Translations under genes and position numbers: made by a program
Shown: in pieces, positions 51,201 through 63,607 of the stretch
Layout: every line of letters starts with the position of its first letter
Position numbering within the stretch: the stretch's first letter is position 1
Notes under the pieces: model-generated
The model's database searches: none
What the model was told of the DNA's origin: nothing
What the model saw: only the letters and a program-made list of their open reading frames with translations
Source of the DNA: Neovahlkampfia damariscottae
Taxonomy: Eukaryota
Assembly: GCA_016618085.1 (NCBI GenBank)
Contig: JABLTG010000031.1
Span: 62,001 to 126,000, forward strand
Reading direction: 5' to 3'
DNA length: 64,000 nucleotides

Positions 51201-53302
51201 TTTGAATTTCCACAATATATTCTATCATTATATAACATTAAAACGAAAGAAATTAAATCTTCTTCTAAAGAATAAGTCAAATCAATTTCATTGGACTTTT
51301 CTGGATCCAATAAAAATAATTCATCTTTGAATCTAAATCTTTCAACTAATATTTCATAAAAATCATTCAAATTTGAAAAACAAGTTAAAATTTGAATCAA
51401 AAATATATCTAAATTATATCCTGAAATTGGATATAAAGATGTATAATTAATCAATTGTTCAACTATTTGACAATTATTTCGTGGCCATAAACGACGATGA
51501 ATATGATACTTTAAAACTTGTAATCTCAATGGATATTCTAATAACTCAATCAAATTTAAATTTGAATTTGATAATATTTTTTTTAATTCTATTTCATTAA
51601 TTCCGTTATTTTTAACCAATGAAAATAAATTTAAAGATAAAAATCTATGAATTGGAATGCGAAATGTAAATGTATCTTTTAAATGATCAAACTTAATAAT
51701 TGATGTATTATATTCTTCTCTTTTGAAATTTTGTTTTTTAAAAAATACTGATAAAAACGAAAAAATTTCTTTTAAAGCTTTTAAACAAGTCAAAAGATCT
51801 GAAGTAGAATCAATTAAACTTGAAGTAACTCTAAATATTGAAGTATTTTCAAAATGAAATGGTGATACCCAATCATTTGAATCTGAATCCATAGTCTTTG
51901 ATATTTCTAAACTCTCTTGTAAATATGACTCTAATTTTAGAAATTCAACCAAAAATAAATTTGATTGAAATAACTTTTCAGCAATTGATTTATGAGAACA
52001 AATATAAGATATATCATACATAAATATGGTCAAAGGATCATAAAATGATGAACCAGTTACTTTAAAAATTAACCTTCCTTTTTCGTTCTTGATTGTATAA
52101 CCTTCTCTGATACTATCAATAATATCAACTAATGTTTCAGTCAATTTATAATTTTCGAATAGTTTCTTTGTTATTGAAGGAACTGTAAAAATTTGAATAG
52201 ACAATGAAGTTATAGTTCTTTTTCCACCTTCAAATTGCGATTTTATAAATTTTGGATAAAACTTCAAAAATAAAATAGAAAAATATTCTTTGAACATTGA
52301 ATCAGGTATTAAAGATGTATAAAAGTCTACCAAAGAATTTCCGACATCATTTGATAAACTGCAATGTTTTGACATTAATAAATCTAAACAAGTATTGACT
52401 TCTGATTCTAAATATGTTTTCAATGATTTAGTTATAATTCTTTTTATAGCTCGACTTGGTGAACTGGCTCTTTCAAGTGATTTTAATAAAAATATTATAT
52501 CTGTTTTATTTCCATCTTTCAAAATTAATTTTGTTGATATTGTGACCAATGCATCAAAAATACCTGTAGCTACTTCAATCAAAGTGTCATCAAGGTACTG
52601 TAAAGGATTTGATGTTTCTGAATCTAACAAAGTTTAAACTTCAAAGAGAATTACTTTGATTATGATTTTTACAAAAACCTGCTTTTGACCATGCCTCTGA
52701 AATTGATATTTAATATATTTTTAATTTACCTTCATCACCACAATCACACCTAAAAAAAAATTATATAATTTTTTTCACCACTTACATCTTTAAAATTGGT
52801 TAAAATAAATCAAATAAAACTCCTGTTGAATTTTTAATCATGGCAAAATCATGTCCTTCGTGATTTCCATTGACAAAACATTCATAACAAATTGCACAAG
52901 TCGGATCAACTTGGCAAGTTTTACATTTAAAAGCTATTTCACCAAAACTGAAATATTAATATTATTATTATTCAAAATGAATTAAATTACTCTAAAGAAT
53001 TTTTAAAATCAAAATTAATGGAAATACCCCAAGTTTTTCCGCAAGCACCATCTCATTTCAAGTTTTAGTCACTATTTTTGAGTACCATTTTTTTGTAGTT
53101 GTTCTAAAACTTTCTTTGGATTATCAGTTCCTGTTAATAGTGTTGAAATCCAGTGGATATTCTCTTCCACGTTCTCTTCCATGATGTAGAATACAAAGTA
53201 CTTGATTAGTGATGGTTGAGTCCACAATATTTTAGTAATAGATTCTTTTGATAGGTTTTGTGATTTTAAAAGTTCAAAAAATGAAGTCAATTGTGGATCC
53301 AT
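48296..53302 (-). CDS. UBR-box RING E3 ligase (N-recognin, UBR1/2/3 family)
   Basis: UBR box CGKTWDFGEIAFKCKTCQVDPTCAICYECF...HEGHD...GMCDCGDEEAW, RING (CVFC...SCRHICHFDC...CPVC) and SPYKDYHGEFDHNLKRGKPLFL. Confidence 0.92.
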
Positions 53303-53518
53303 TAGTTTTGAAGTAGTTTTTTATTGACCAATAAAAATGTTAAAAGAAAAAGAAAAAATCAAAATAATAAACAAATTCAAAATTATCCCAAGCTTCGAAT
53401 TTTAAGCATTCAAGAATGAGTGGTGCGAAAAAAACTCCGTTTTTGGAATTTTTTTCAACGAATTTTTTTTATTGGTCATTTTTTGTCCAATCACGAGTAA
53501 TTTTCTTCTTTTATAAAA

Positions 53519-54340
53519 ATGTTTGGTAAAAAAGTTGAAGAAGAATACGTACCTGTATTCCAAGACAATTCTGTTTTTTACAACACTGGAGAACCTGATG
53601 GTTTAAAAGACTACTATAAAACTTGGTCAGAAAAACAAAACAAAGCATTTGAAACAATCAACAAAATACACTTATCAAAAACTGAAGAACAAATGAAAGA
53701 ACAAAGTGGAGAATTCTTAGCTAAAATTGCTGTGAGACACACAAAAGGTTCAGATAGTGAAAAACAATTAATTGATGAAAACATGCAAGTTTGGTCTTCA
53801 CAATCCAAAGGTGAACATTATATTAAATTTGTAGAATCACCTGAATACTATCAAGCTATTAAAGGTAGTGAAATGGATATCGCACAACTTGGTGTTGATG
53901 CACTTGCTATTCCAAATGACGTTTTAGAACAATGGTCAAAAACTGGTCGTGTTGTTACAGTTAGCACAAAACCACTTGCAGAAGGTGTTCCAGATTCATC
54001 ACTTGAACTTGCAAAACGTTATTTCGGTGATAAAATTGGTAGAAACGTCTTTTATGTTGATTACCTTGCAAGAAGAAATGGAGACATGATCACAAGAACA
54101 AATCAAGGTGAAAACTTCATGGTTAAAGTTTGGCTTCTTCTTGGTGTTGGTTCACTTATATTCAAATGGATTTATATCAGAGAAAGAGAAAATATGAGAC
54201 AAAGAACTAAACTTGCTTATCGTCTTTCAGATCCATCAATCCGAACTGAAAATGGTCTTGCATTTGAAGAAAGACATAAAGAATGGTTAATGACTTATCA
54301 TGAAGAAGATGATGAAGAAGATGACGAAGATGAAGAATAA
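53519..54340 (+). CDS. Unknown single-TM protein with an acidic tail
   Basis: Intronless 273-aa ORF, one hydrophobic segment (VWLLLGVGSLIFKWIYI), CCAAT boxes upstream. Confidence 0.75.
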   Translation: MFGKKVEEEYVPVFQDNSVFYNTGEPDGLKDYYKTWSEKQNKAFETINKIHLSKTEEQMKEQSGEFLAKIAVRHTKGSDSEKQLIDENMQVWSSQSKGEHYIKFVESPEYYQAIKGSEMDIAQLGVDALAIPNDVLEQWSKTGRVVTVSTKPLAEGVPDSSLELAKRYFGDKIGRNVFYVDYLARRNGDMITRTNQGENFMVKVWLLLGVGSLIFKWIYIRERENMRQRTKLAYRLSDPSIRTENGLAFEERHKEWLMTYHEEDDEEDDEDEE

Positions 54341-54364
54341 ATTTTAATTTTTTAAGGATAAAAA

Positions 54365-55294
54365 TTAAATATCAAATCGATGAGTTACACCAGTTTCATC
54401 TTCTTCCGTAATTTTTAAAGGACTTTCTTTCCATAAATAATTCTTTAAATATAATTTCAAAATTCCAAAAATTAATAATTTTATACCCATAAAAGTTTTG
54501 ATGATAAAATAACTAAAAATTATGGCACTTGAATTAAGTAAATGAACAATTATAACAATGTAAGTAGGTGTTAACTTTGGATTCAAAATATCATACACCC
54601 AAATTCCACTCATTGAATGATAAACAAAAAGAAAAGCAATATAACCAAATCCATACATCAAAATGAACAAGAAATCACCCCATATCAAAGGAAATGCATC
54701 TGAATGATGAATTTTTAAAATAAAAATATCGTACCAAATAGAATATCAACAATTAATAGTAAAGCAGAAATGCCATGTGCACTAAAATTGTGATAATCCA
54801 AGATGGATTTTCCTGGTTTATAAATTGCAAACCTTTGAATAGTTTAATAGATTTCAAATTACCAGTCTGTTTGAAAAAAATTAAATTGTATTTAAATTTA
54901 CAACCAGGTGGAATGACCAAATTCACTGAAAATAACCAAATATAAATATAATTTTGTATCAATTTTGGGTAGTTTATATCTTGATTGCTATTCCAAAATA
55001 ATGTTAAAATGATAATTGAAAATTTACAAAACAAAAAATAGACAAGAGAAAACTCCGAGTATGAAATAAATGTGAGTTACGGTGAAAGTTTGATTTGTCA
55101 AAAATGTTAAAAATGTTTTGAATTTCTCTGGTCTTGAGATGAAGTATTCAATATAAAGTGTGGACATCCATACAGAAACAATAATACGATAAATCATTTG
55201 AACATATGTCATTATTCTTATTTCTTTTAATCCATATTTATAAGCTATTTTCAATTTGTCTAAAGTGTCAAAAACTTGTGCAGTCACTAACCAT
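54365..55294 (-). CDS. Rolling-stone / FAR-17a/AIG1-like multipass membrane protein
   Basis: Spliced FLTFLTNQ, YW, SAHGISALLLIVDILF and GIWVYDILN motifs; five introns including a 4-nt exon. Confidence 0.75.
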
Positions 55295-55454
55295 GAAAAT
55301 CAATCATTTTGGAAAGACAGGAAATGATTGGTCAATCACAATTGAATCTTATCAGATCTTTTTGAATAATTGTTGTTCAATTTGGAAACTTGATTATAAA
55401 TAACTTTGTCGTTAAATTTGGTACTTTTTCATTGGCCGAACATTAATTGACGTC

Positions 55455-58400
55455 ATGAGCAAACAAGGAAAATGGGCAATGGTCAAAGATGCAGCAGAAA
55501 AGAGAGTAATACGTTAATCTACTAACGCATTAGATTTATACTTCTTGGATGAATGCAATATTAATTCAGCATGGACAAGAACCGATTGATGATTTATTTG
55601 TCGACCTTCAAAATGGTGTAAAACTTGGTGAATTAATGTTGATATTATCAAAACAAAAAGATTTTGGATTAAATAAAAAATTACATACCACACCAAAGAA
55701 TATCTTACAATCAAAAGAAAACCTCATGCTTGTCATGGACTTTATTCAAGTAAATAAATTCAAAAATTAATACATTTTAAAAAAAGAACAAAGAGAAAGT
55801 AAAACTCACTGGGATTAGTACAAATGATATTGCGAATGGAAATCAAAATTTAATTTTAGCTTTGATGAAGTCGTTGATTATGAAATATCAAATTGAATCA
55901 AGTGGAAGTCAAGAAGATAAAAAACAATCAAAATCAGATTTAAAAAAGTCAGTATTGAGTTATTTACAAAATGAAGGAGAAAAGAGAAATATAAAAGTCG
56001 ACTCTATCAAAAAGTGCTGTCAAAGTGGTTTACTTTTATATTCAATCATAGATAATTTGAATCCAGGTTGTATTGACTTTGATCAATTGGATACTTCAAA
56101 TCCAAAAAGTTTAAATGAAGAAGCTATTGAACTTGCTCATCAACTTTTTAAAATACCAAAAATTGTAAATTCAGAAGATATTACAGATGGAAATCCAGAT
56201 GAAACTATTATTATGTGTTATATTTCTTATTTTAGAGATGTTAAATATATTGGTCATGTCTACAGAAGTTTGGTAAGTAGTTGATTCATTTTTAATCAAA
56301 ATATTAGAAACGATCTTTAGGGTTATCAACAATTCAATTAATTCCAAAATTATCAAAAGAATCATCAAAATATAAATCAAGAAGATTTTGGAGAAGATTA
56401 GAAGACGCAATTTTCAATAAAGAATTTCCAGAAGAAGTGATAAAGGAAATTGAAGAACAAGAAATGAAAGAAGAACCAAAGGAAGAAATTAAAACAGTGG
56501 TCAATGAAGAAATGGAACAAAAATTAAATGAACAACCAGTAAAAGAAGATATTGTAGAATCCACTGAAGAAGAAGAAGTGAAAGAAGCATCTCAAGAAAA
56601 TTCAAAAGAAGAGGAACCTGTCATTGAAGAAGATGTTGTTGAAGAAATCAATCAAAAAGTTGGAGATGAAAATAAAGAAGAAGTTGTCAAGGAAAGTGAG
56701 GAAAATAAAGAAGAAACAATTGAAAATGAAGTGGAACAAGTCAATGAAGAACCATTAACTCAATTAGAAGATGAAAAAACGAAAGAAGAAACAGATAATA
56801 TATCCAATGAGAAAATCAAAGAACAGGAAGTGGAAGAAGGGATTCAAAAAGAAGATACAGAGGTTATTAAAGAAAAAGTAGAAGAAAATAAAGGAAATCA
56901 ACCTGTGACGAATGAACCAATAGAAATTGCTGCAGTCACAACAAAACAACAGATGGAACAAGAAGAAAAAAAATCAGAAGAAAATCCAAGTGAACCTGTA
57001 TTAGAAGAATCAAAAGAAGAAATCAAAGAAGAAATCAAAGAAATATCTAATGAAGAAACAAAAGAACAAGAAGAAGAAATTAAACAAGAAGATACAGAAG
57101 TAGAGGTTAAAAAAGAAGAACAACCAAAAGAAGAAGAAAAAGAAGAAGAAAAAAAAAACACAGAAGAAATATCTATAGTTGGAGAAGAAGAAGAAAAAGA
57201 AACCAAACCAACAGAAAAAGAAGAAACCAAACCAGAAGAAGAAGAAAAAGAAGAAGAAAACAAACCAATAGAAGAAGAAAAAGAAAAAGAAGAAAAATTA
57301 AGTGTGACTTTATTTGAAGCAGTAAAAGACCCTTCAATACTTCATAAATATTTAACTGGAAAAAAAAGAGATTTTACAAGTTCTGGAGAAATAGAAAAAC
57401 TATCACTTGAAGAAAAGATTGAAATACTTGAACATGTTGACCTTAAAGAAGTTGATGAAAAATTAAATACAGCTTTACATATTGCTGTTTCTTTAAATGA
57501 ATCAACTTCCACACGTATTTTATTAAAAGCAGGAATTGATGCAAATGCTGTAAATAATGAAGGAAATACTGCCATACATATTGCTGTAATGAATAATTAT
57601 GTTAAAACAACTGTTACATTATCCATTCATAGTAAAATATAATTAACTAACTAAACTAAAAATGATTAGAACCAAATGTTGATTTAAAGAATAAAGAAGG
57701 AAAGACACCAATGGAATATGCTATAACATTTATTGATTTAGATGATATTCAAAAATCATGTGGATGTTGTTATAGTTTAATTGATATTGGAGCAGATGTT
57801 TCATTAATGTATCAATTTAATGAAGAAAGACATAAAACATTTGAAGAAAAAAATAAAGATATTGAAGTTGATGAATATGGATTTAAAAAAGATACACATA
57901 AAGTTGATGAAAAGTTTCCAACATTTGGATTATATAAAAAGAGTCAAAATATTTTAAAAAAGAAAGAAAAAGAAAGAACAGTTAAATTTAAAACAATGAT
58001 AAAACAAATGGAGAATAGTTCAACTGCAATACCAGCAAAACTTAAAAGTAGAATTAGAAAAGGTGTACCAAATGGAATGCGTGGTGAATTATGGAAACAT
58101 TTAATTCCAATTAAACAATTAAAAGATCAAAATAAAGGAATGTATGAAAAACATATTCAAGAAAGAACAAGTCAACAAACAGCAATTCAACATGATAAAG
58201 ATATAAATCGTAATTTTCGTTCACATAGATTATTTTGGGAAAGATTTGGACCTGGTCAAATTAAATTATATAATGTTTTAAAAGCATATGCAAATTATAA
58301 CAAAGATTTAGGTTATACACAAGGAATTGATTCAATTGCATCAATGTTATTGATTTATTTAGAAGATGAGGAAGATACATTTTGGGCTTTAGTTCATTTA

Positions 58401-58892
58401 ATGGCACAACCAAAATATTTAATGGGTGATATATTTTTACCAGGTTTTCCAAAATTAATGGAAGATTTTTATATTCAAACTCAAATTGTTCAAGATATTA
58501 TGCCAAAATTACATCAAAAATTTGAAGATGAAATGTTAAATCAAATGACAAGTGCTTATGCTACTACTTGGTATATGTTGGTTTTTATTCAAGATTTACC
58601 TTGGGATATTGTTTTAAGAATTTGGGATATTTATTTAAATGAAGGATCAAAAATTATATTTAATTGTTCTGTTGGTCTTTTAAGAATGTTTGAAAAAGAT
58701 TTATTAAAAATGGATATGGAACAAATTTTAAAATTTTTAAAATCTTTTGAAACAAGACCAATTGATCCAGAATTACTAATTAAATATGCAGTAAAAGATA
58801 AAGTGAAAAGAAATTTAATTTTGAAACATCAAGCTGATTATAAAAAACAAAAATTATTAGATGAAAGAAAGAGAAGAGAAAAAAAGAAATAA
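55455..58892 (+). CDS. CH-CH / Glu-rich linker / ankyrin / TBC RabGAP protein
   Basis: Tandem calponin-homology motifs (DLQNGVKL, PDETIIMCYISYF), ankyrin repeats (TALHIA, GNTAIHIA) and TBC (RIRKGVP, DKDINRNF, GYTQG). Confidence 0.85.
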
Positions 58893-58926
58893 ATATCTTT
58901 GCCGTATTTTATTGTATTTATTTGTT

Positions 58927-61691
58927 TTATTTGTTTTGTTTAGCACCTTCAATACTTTTGAAAAAGTCATTCACCCAAAGTTCAGTTTGATTTCCACCAA
59001 TGTGTTCTTCAATTGAAATATTTAATGTTTCTTTTGAATCTGCAATCGTAAATCCACCTTTTTCAACAGCTTGATTTGGAAGTGTCAGTAATTCACAATC
59101 TATCAAATCAATTTTACTGTGAAAGAAGAATGTTTCTTCATAGATCTTGTCGTAGTATCCTGGACCTTCTTGTTTTGTAGTACCTGGACTCCCTCTCAAC
59201 AAACTTTTCTTTTTAGCTTTTTTTGATGTTTCAAAAATCAATAAAGTTAATTTGAAAAGAACCATTAAATATTTCGTTCTTCTTTCTTTGATTGTGTGAT
59301 CAGTATTTTCACCAAAAGGTGTACTGAAACTCAATCTTTTACTTGAATGTCTCATTGGAGCTGTGAGTGAACTCAAGGATTGACTGGTATTCTTTGGGTG
59401 GAAATCAATAAACGCAAAACCATCTCTAATAAATTCTTTGATTACTACTCTGTGAACATCTTCTGGAATTGTATGTGATAAACCTTGAACTCTAACCAAA
59501 GATCTTGCATGCTCTACTTTCTTTTTAGATTCATTGATACTTAAAAGATATGCATCTAATTCACTTTTTGCGTTTTTAAAATCTTCAAAATCGACATGAT
59601 CATCTGACGTGTGTTTTATGAGTTCTTTCAACAACAAACTATACCTGGGTAATCTTTGAACTGGTTGAATAAATAGAGAATGAAATCCTAATGCACCTGG
59701 TGATTTTTTTGCAGATTCTTTGAAGTAATCATCAAGTTCTTTGTTTCCTTTGATTAATTGTTTAACTTTTGCAAATGCAGTGTCAAAATTGTTAACAAAT
59801 TTTTTGTAAACTTGAAAGTTTGGAATTTGAGAATGAATTGTTTTTCCAAAATGCACAATTGGAAAGTCATCCATCCGTTCTTCTAATTCTTTTAAAAATT
59901 CATGATGTAGAGGAATCAATTCTTCAAAATTTGAAAAAATAATTTGAAAGTCATCATCATTAATAAGTTTTGTCTTTTTATTTTTATGGCACATCAATGT
60001 TTGAAATGGTTCATAATAAAACTAATTTGTTAAATTCAAAAGATATTACTTTGTTTAATGTGTCAAGTGTTTGTACATAAACTGTTTCAGTTTTAACAAA
60101 TTCTCTGAGAATTTTGTTTCTTTCTTTTAAACTTGATCCTAATTTTGAATGATAAAATTCATCAACTAAGAAATTTAAATGAATAAATTGTTTTACTCAG
60201 TGTTGTGAATGTTTTTGTATTTTTCTTTCTTTTTAAAGCATTTTGGATTACAAATACACAATGTTCTTTTTCCGATAATCTATGATTTCTGAGTTTTTCT
60301 TTTGGGACATAAGGTTCATATGTATCAAGAATTGCGAGTAATCTTCCATTTTGTTTGTTCTTTTCTTCTAACTGTTCCTCAAGTTCTTTGATCTTTTGTT
60401 TCATCTCTTTAAAATCTCCAGTGATATTTTCATGATTAATTTGTTGAATTTTTTTATCTCCATTCAATTTCTTTTCATCAATTTTATTTTGTTCTTTGAT
60501 TTTCTTTTTATTTTCTAATTCTTGTAACTTTTTCTGTTCATCTAATTTATGTTGTTCCAATTGATTTTTTGATTCATTAATCTGCTTTGGTGAATTTAGT
60601 TGTTGAACAGTATTGTTTGTTTCTGAGATTTTTTCTTCCAAATTTTTGATATTATCAGTGTTTTTTTCTTCTATTTTCTTGGACTCTTCAAAATGAGGAG
60701 TTTTAGGAGAAAGCATTGATTTCAAAACAAAATCATCACTTGTACTTGGTGTTCGTTTTAAAACACCTCTAAAATCCTTTTGATTTGATTTCTTTTCTTG
60801 ATTTGATTCACCTATATGTTTTAATTTCCTCTTTGTCCAGTCAGGTTTTTGATCTTCCATTCTTCTTGGAGTTGTCATTGATCTTGGAGTGACAGGCACA
60901 TTTTCTTCTAACATAGTTTTATCAATTTTTAGTTTAAACTCTTTAGTTTCATCATAATTTTTCAAATATATCAAATACATCATTATGCTGGTTTCTTCTG
61001 CAGCTTTTGTCAAGTTCTCAGGTGATATAATAATTGGAACTTTGAATTCTTCAAGTATGGAGTTCATTATAAGTTTATAATTCTTTGTAAGATCATCTTC
61101 TGTTATATCAACAGGATTTGAAGACAAGGAAAAATAGAGTTTTGTGAGAATTTTTCCGTCTTCAAAGCTTGAGTTAAAGTTTTCAATTTCACTTCCAGTT
61201 TTAGATTTTATCCAATATATAAGTTCGTTTTTCATCAGAGTTATATTTTTTGCAGATCCAATTGACTTTCCTTTCAAAAAATGAAAATGAATAACAACAT
61301 AAGTCATTAAAACTATTAAATTTTGATTCAGATATTTATAAAATCAAACTGTTGATAGTTTTTAAGTCACCATTTTCTATATCTTCTGGCTTTATACCAT
61401 GAGTTGGTATTTTTTCTTCAACAAAGAATTCAAGTATCCTTTGTAAGTTTGCGATTTTGTGGATTTTAAATGATGGTTTTTTAGCAAATTTACCATTTAA
61501 TTTTTTTCCAGAGAGCAAAATAAGAAATGTTCTCAAAGTTTCTCCTGTGGTCAAGTCTTTTCGCAAATCTGTAACTTTTTCGTCGACACCTTCAAGATAT
61601 AAATTCATCCAGTTGACAAACGACTTATTTTAAGTGTTTTATTTAATTTTACCTGGTGCTTTATTTCCTCCAACTCGTCTTTTTGGTTCAT
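58927..61691 (-). CDS. CH-CH / coiled-coil / DH-PH RhoGEF
   Basis: SFVNWMN, DLTTGETL, DIENGDLK and a second CH domain; DH motifs EFVKTETVYV and IQPVQRLPRYSLLLKELIKHT. Confidence 0.85.
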
Positions 61692-61800
61692 TTGTTAGAG
61701 AAATTCTATTGGTTGAAAAAAATATACAGAACCAATAATAATCCAATTTACTCATTTATAAGGGTGGATCATATCACTGTTGGGAATTTTAACTTCAAGT

Positions 61801-63607
61801 TCATAGCTTCTTCCCTATGACATTTAAGAAATTGAGAATCAATTTTTATTTTGACAAGCTTCAAGTTTTGATAAAAATTCATCTTCAATTCTTCGACCAT
61901 AAAAATAATACTCATCTTTCAAACAATGATCTGAACAAACATGATCAAAAGCATTCAATTGTCTTAAAGATTCACCAACAATCAAAGAACCAAATCGATT
62001 TAAATTTGGATTACTCACAAATTTACATAACCATGTGATCAATTCTTCCCCTGTAAATACAGAATTGTAATATTTTAATAAATAAAACCTATCTGATAAT
62101 TGAACACCTTGTTCTGAAAACATGATTTCATACAAATATCTAACTTTTTGGGGTGATGACATAATTGAATGAGCTTTTTTGAATTGATCAAAATTATCAT
62201 GAACAAGTTCTAAAACATTTTTATCAATCAATTTTGAACCAACCACTTTGAATGTAAGTATTTCATTTTTCATTTTACCTTCTTTTTTAAATCTGAAAAA
62301 TAAATATTGATTTGTAAATTTCTTTTCTGGATCAACAACATGCTCAATTATTCTTAAATCTAAAAGAAATTGATAAAAATCAATCACTATTTGTTCAGAT
62401 TTGAATATATTAGGTTTCCATTTTGGTAATAATTTAACAACATCTTCAGCTAAAAAGAAATTAATATTGGATATTAAAAATTACCAATAAAACATTTTCT
62501 GTACAATCTAAAATAATAAAATCTATCACTAATCAAATTATTAACAATAAAAAAAGAAATCAATTCAAATATAAATTCAGTAAACTAAAAACATATTAAG
62601 AACCAAATAGATGTTAATACTTCTTCAACAGTCATTTTTAAAATAAATGAATTTGAATTCCACATCTCTTGAAATTTAATAGTTGATGATTTAAATTCTG
62701 TACAAACAAATTCGATAGATCTTGGTGAAATTGAATTAATTGATGCTGAACTCAATTCACTTTCATGAGTGGTTGTTGTTCTTGGTGTTAAAGGTGTTTG
62801 TGGTGTCATTGGTGATTTAAGATTTGGTGATTTTGTGGGTGTATGTGGTCCAATATTTTCAGATGATTTTCTAGGTGATAAAATTACAGAATATGATTTT
62901 TTAAGTTCATATGATGGTTTTCTTTTTAGTTTTAATTGAAGTTTTTTTGATTTTTTTTCATCAGTATTTTCATTCAACTTTTTTATAATCAAATTAGCAT
63001 CAAAAATCAATGGAAATTCTTCAATTAAAATTTTCAAAACTTCTTCATTGAATTCATTAAATGTAAATTTCTTAGCCAAATCTAAAGAATTTAAATTATT
63101 AATTTCATTGTGTAATGATAAATTATACAAGAAAAATGATAAAGAACCAAATAAAATATAATTCTTTTGACACATGTGATCCATAGTGGCTTTAATATTT
63201 TCAATTTTTTTTGATTCTATGAAAATGAGAAAAACAACTTTCATTACCTGATTTTTTAATTTCTTCAAGAATGATGTCTTGATGAATATACTTTTGTAAT
63301 ACCAATTTTTTTATAAATTCTCTCAACAGTTCGACAACGATAAAAAACTCTTCGTCCTGAAAATGTAAATTAGTTTACTTGATATTTTACGTTTTTTATG
63401 AATATTTCTGTCATACTTTTCAATTTTTCAACGTTTCTTTTCACCGATTCTTCATCAGAACTATTTTGAATGAAAAATTTGGATTTTTGGTGAATATCTT
63501 ATGGTTTAATGGTATAATAACGAACCTCGTTTTTGTAACCATGTTATGAGATACAAAACATTATTGAAACTTTCGTTATCAACTTCGTCTTCATCAGAAA
63601 AAGTCAT
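61801..63607 (-). CDS. Degenerate RhoGAP-like region plus two DEP domains (3' end uncertain)
   Basis: SDRFYYFRLYRKCFI and SDRFYLLKYYNSVFTGEELITWL DEP motifs; NNLNSLDLA...KILIEEFPLIF resembles a RhoGAP C-terminus. Confidence 0.65.

Noticed and set aside
55448..55455. CRE palindrome TGACGTCA abutting the ATG
   Set aside because: Single occurrence overlapping the start codon; it cannot be distinguished from chance.
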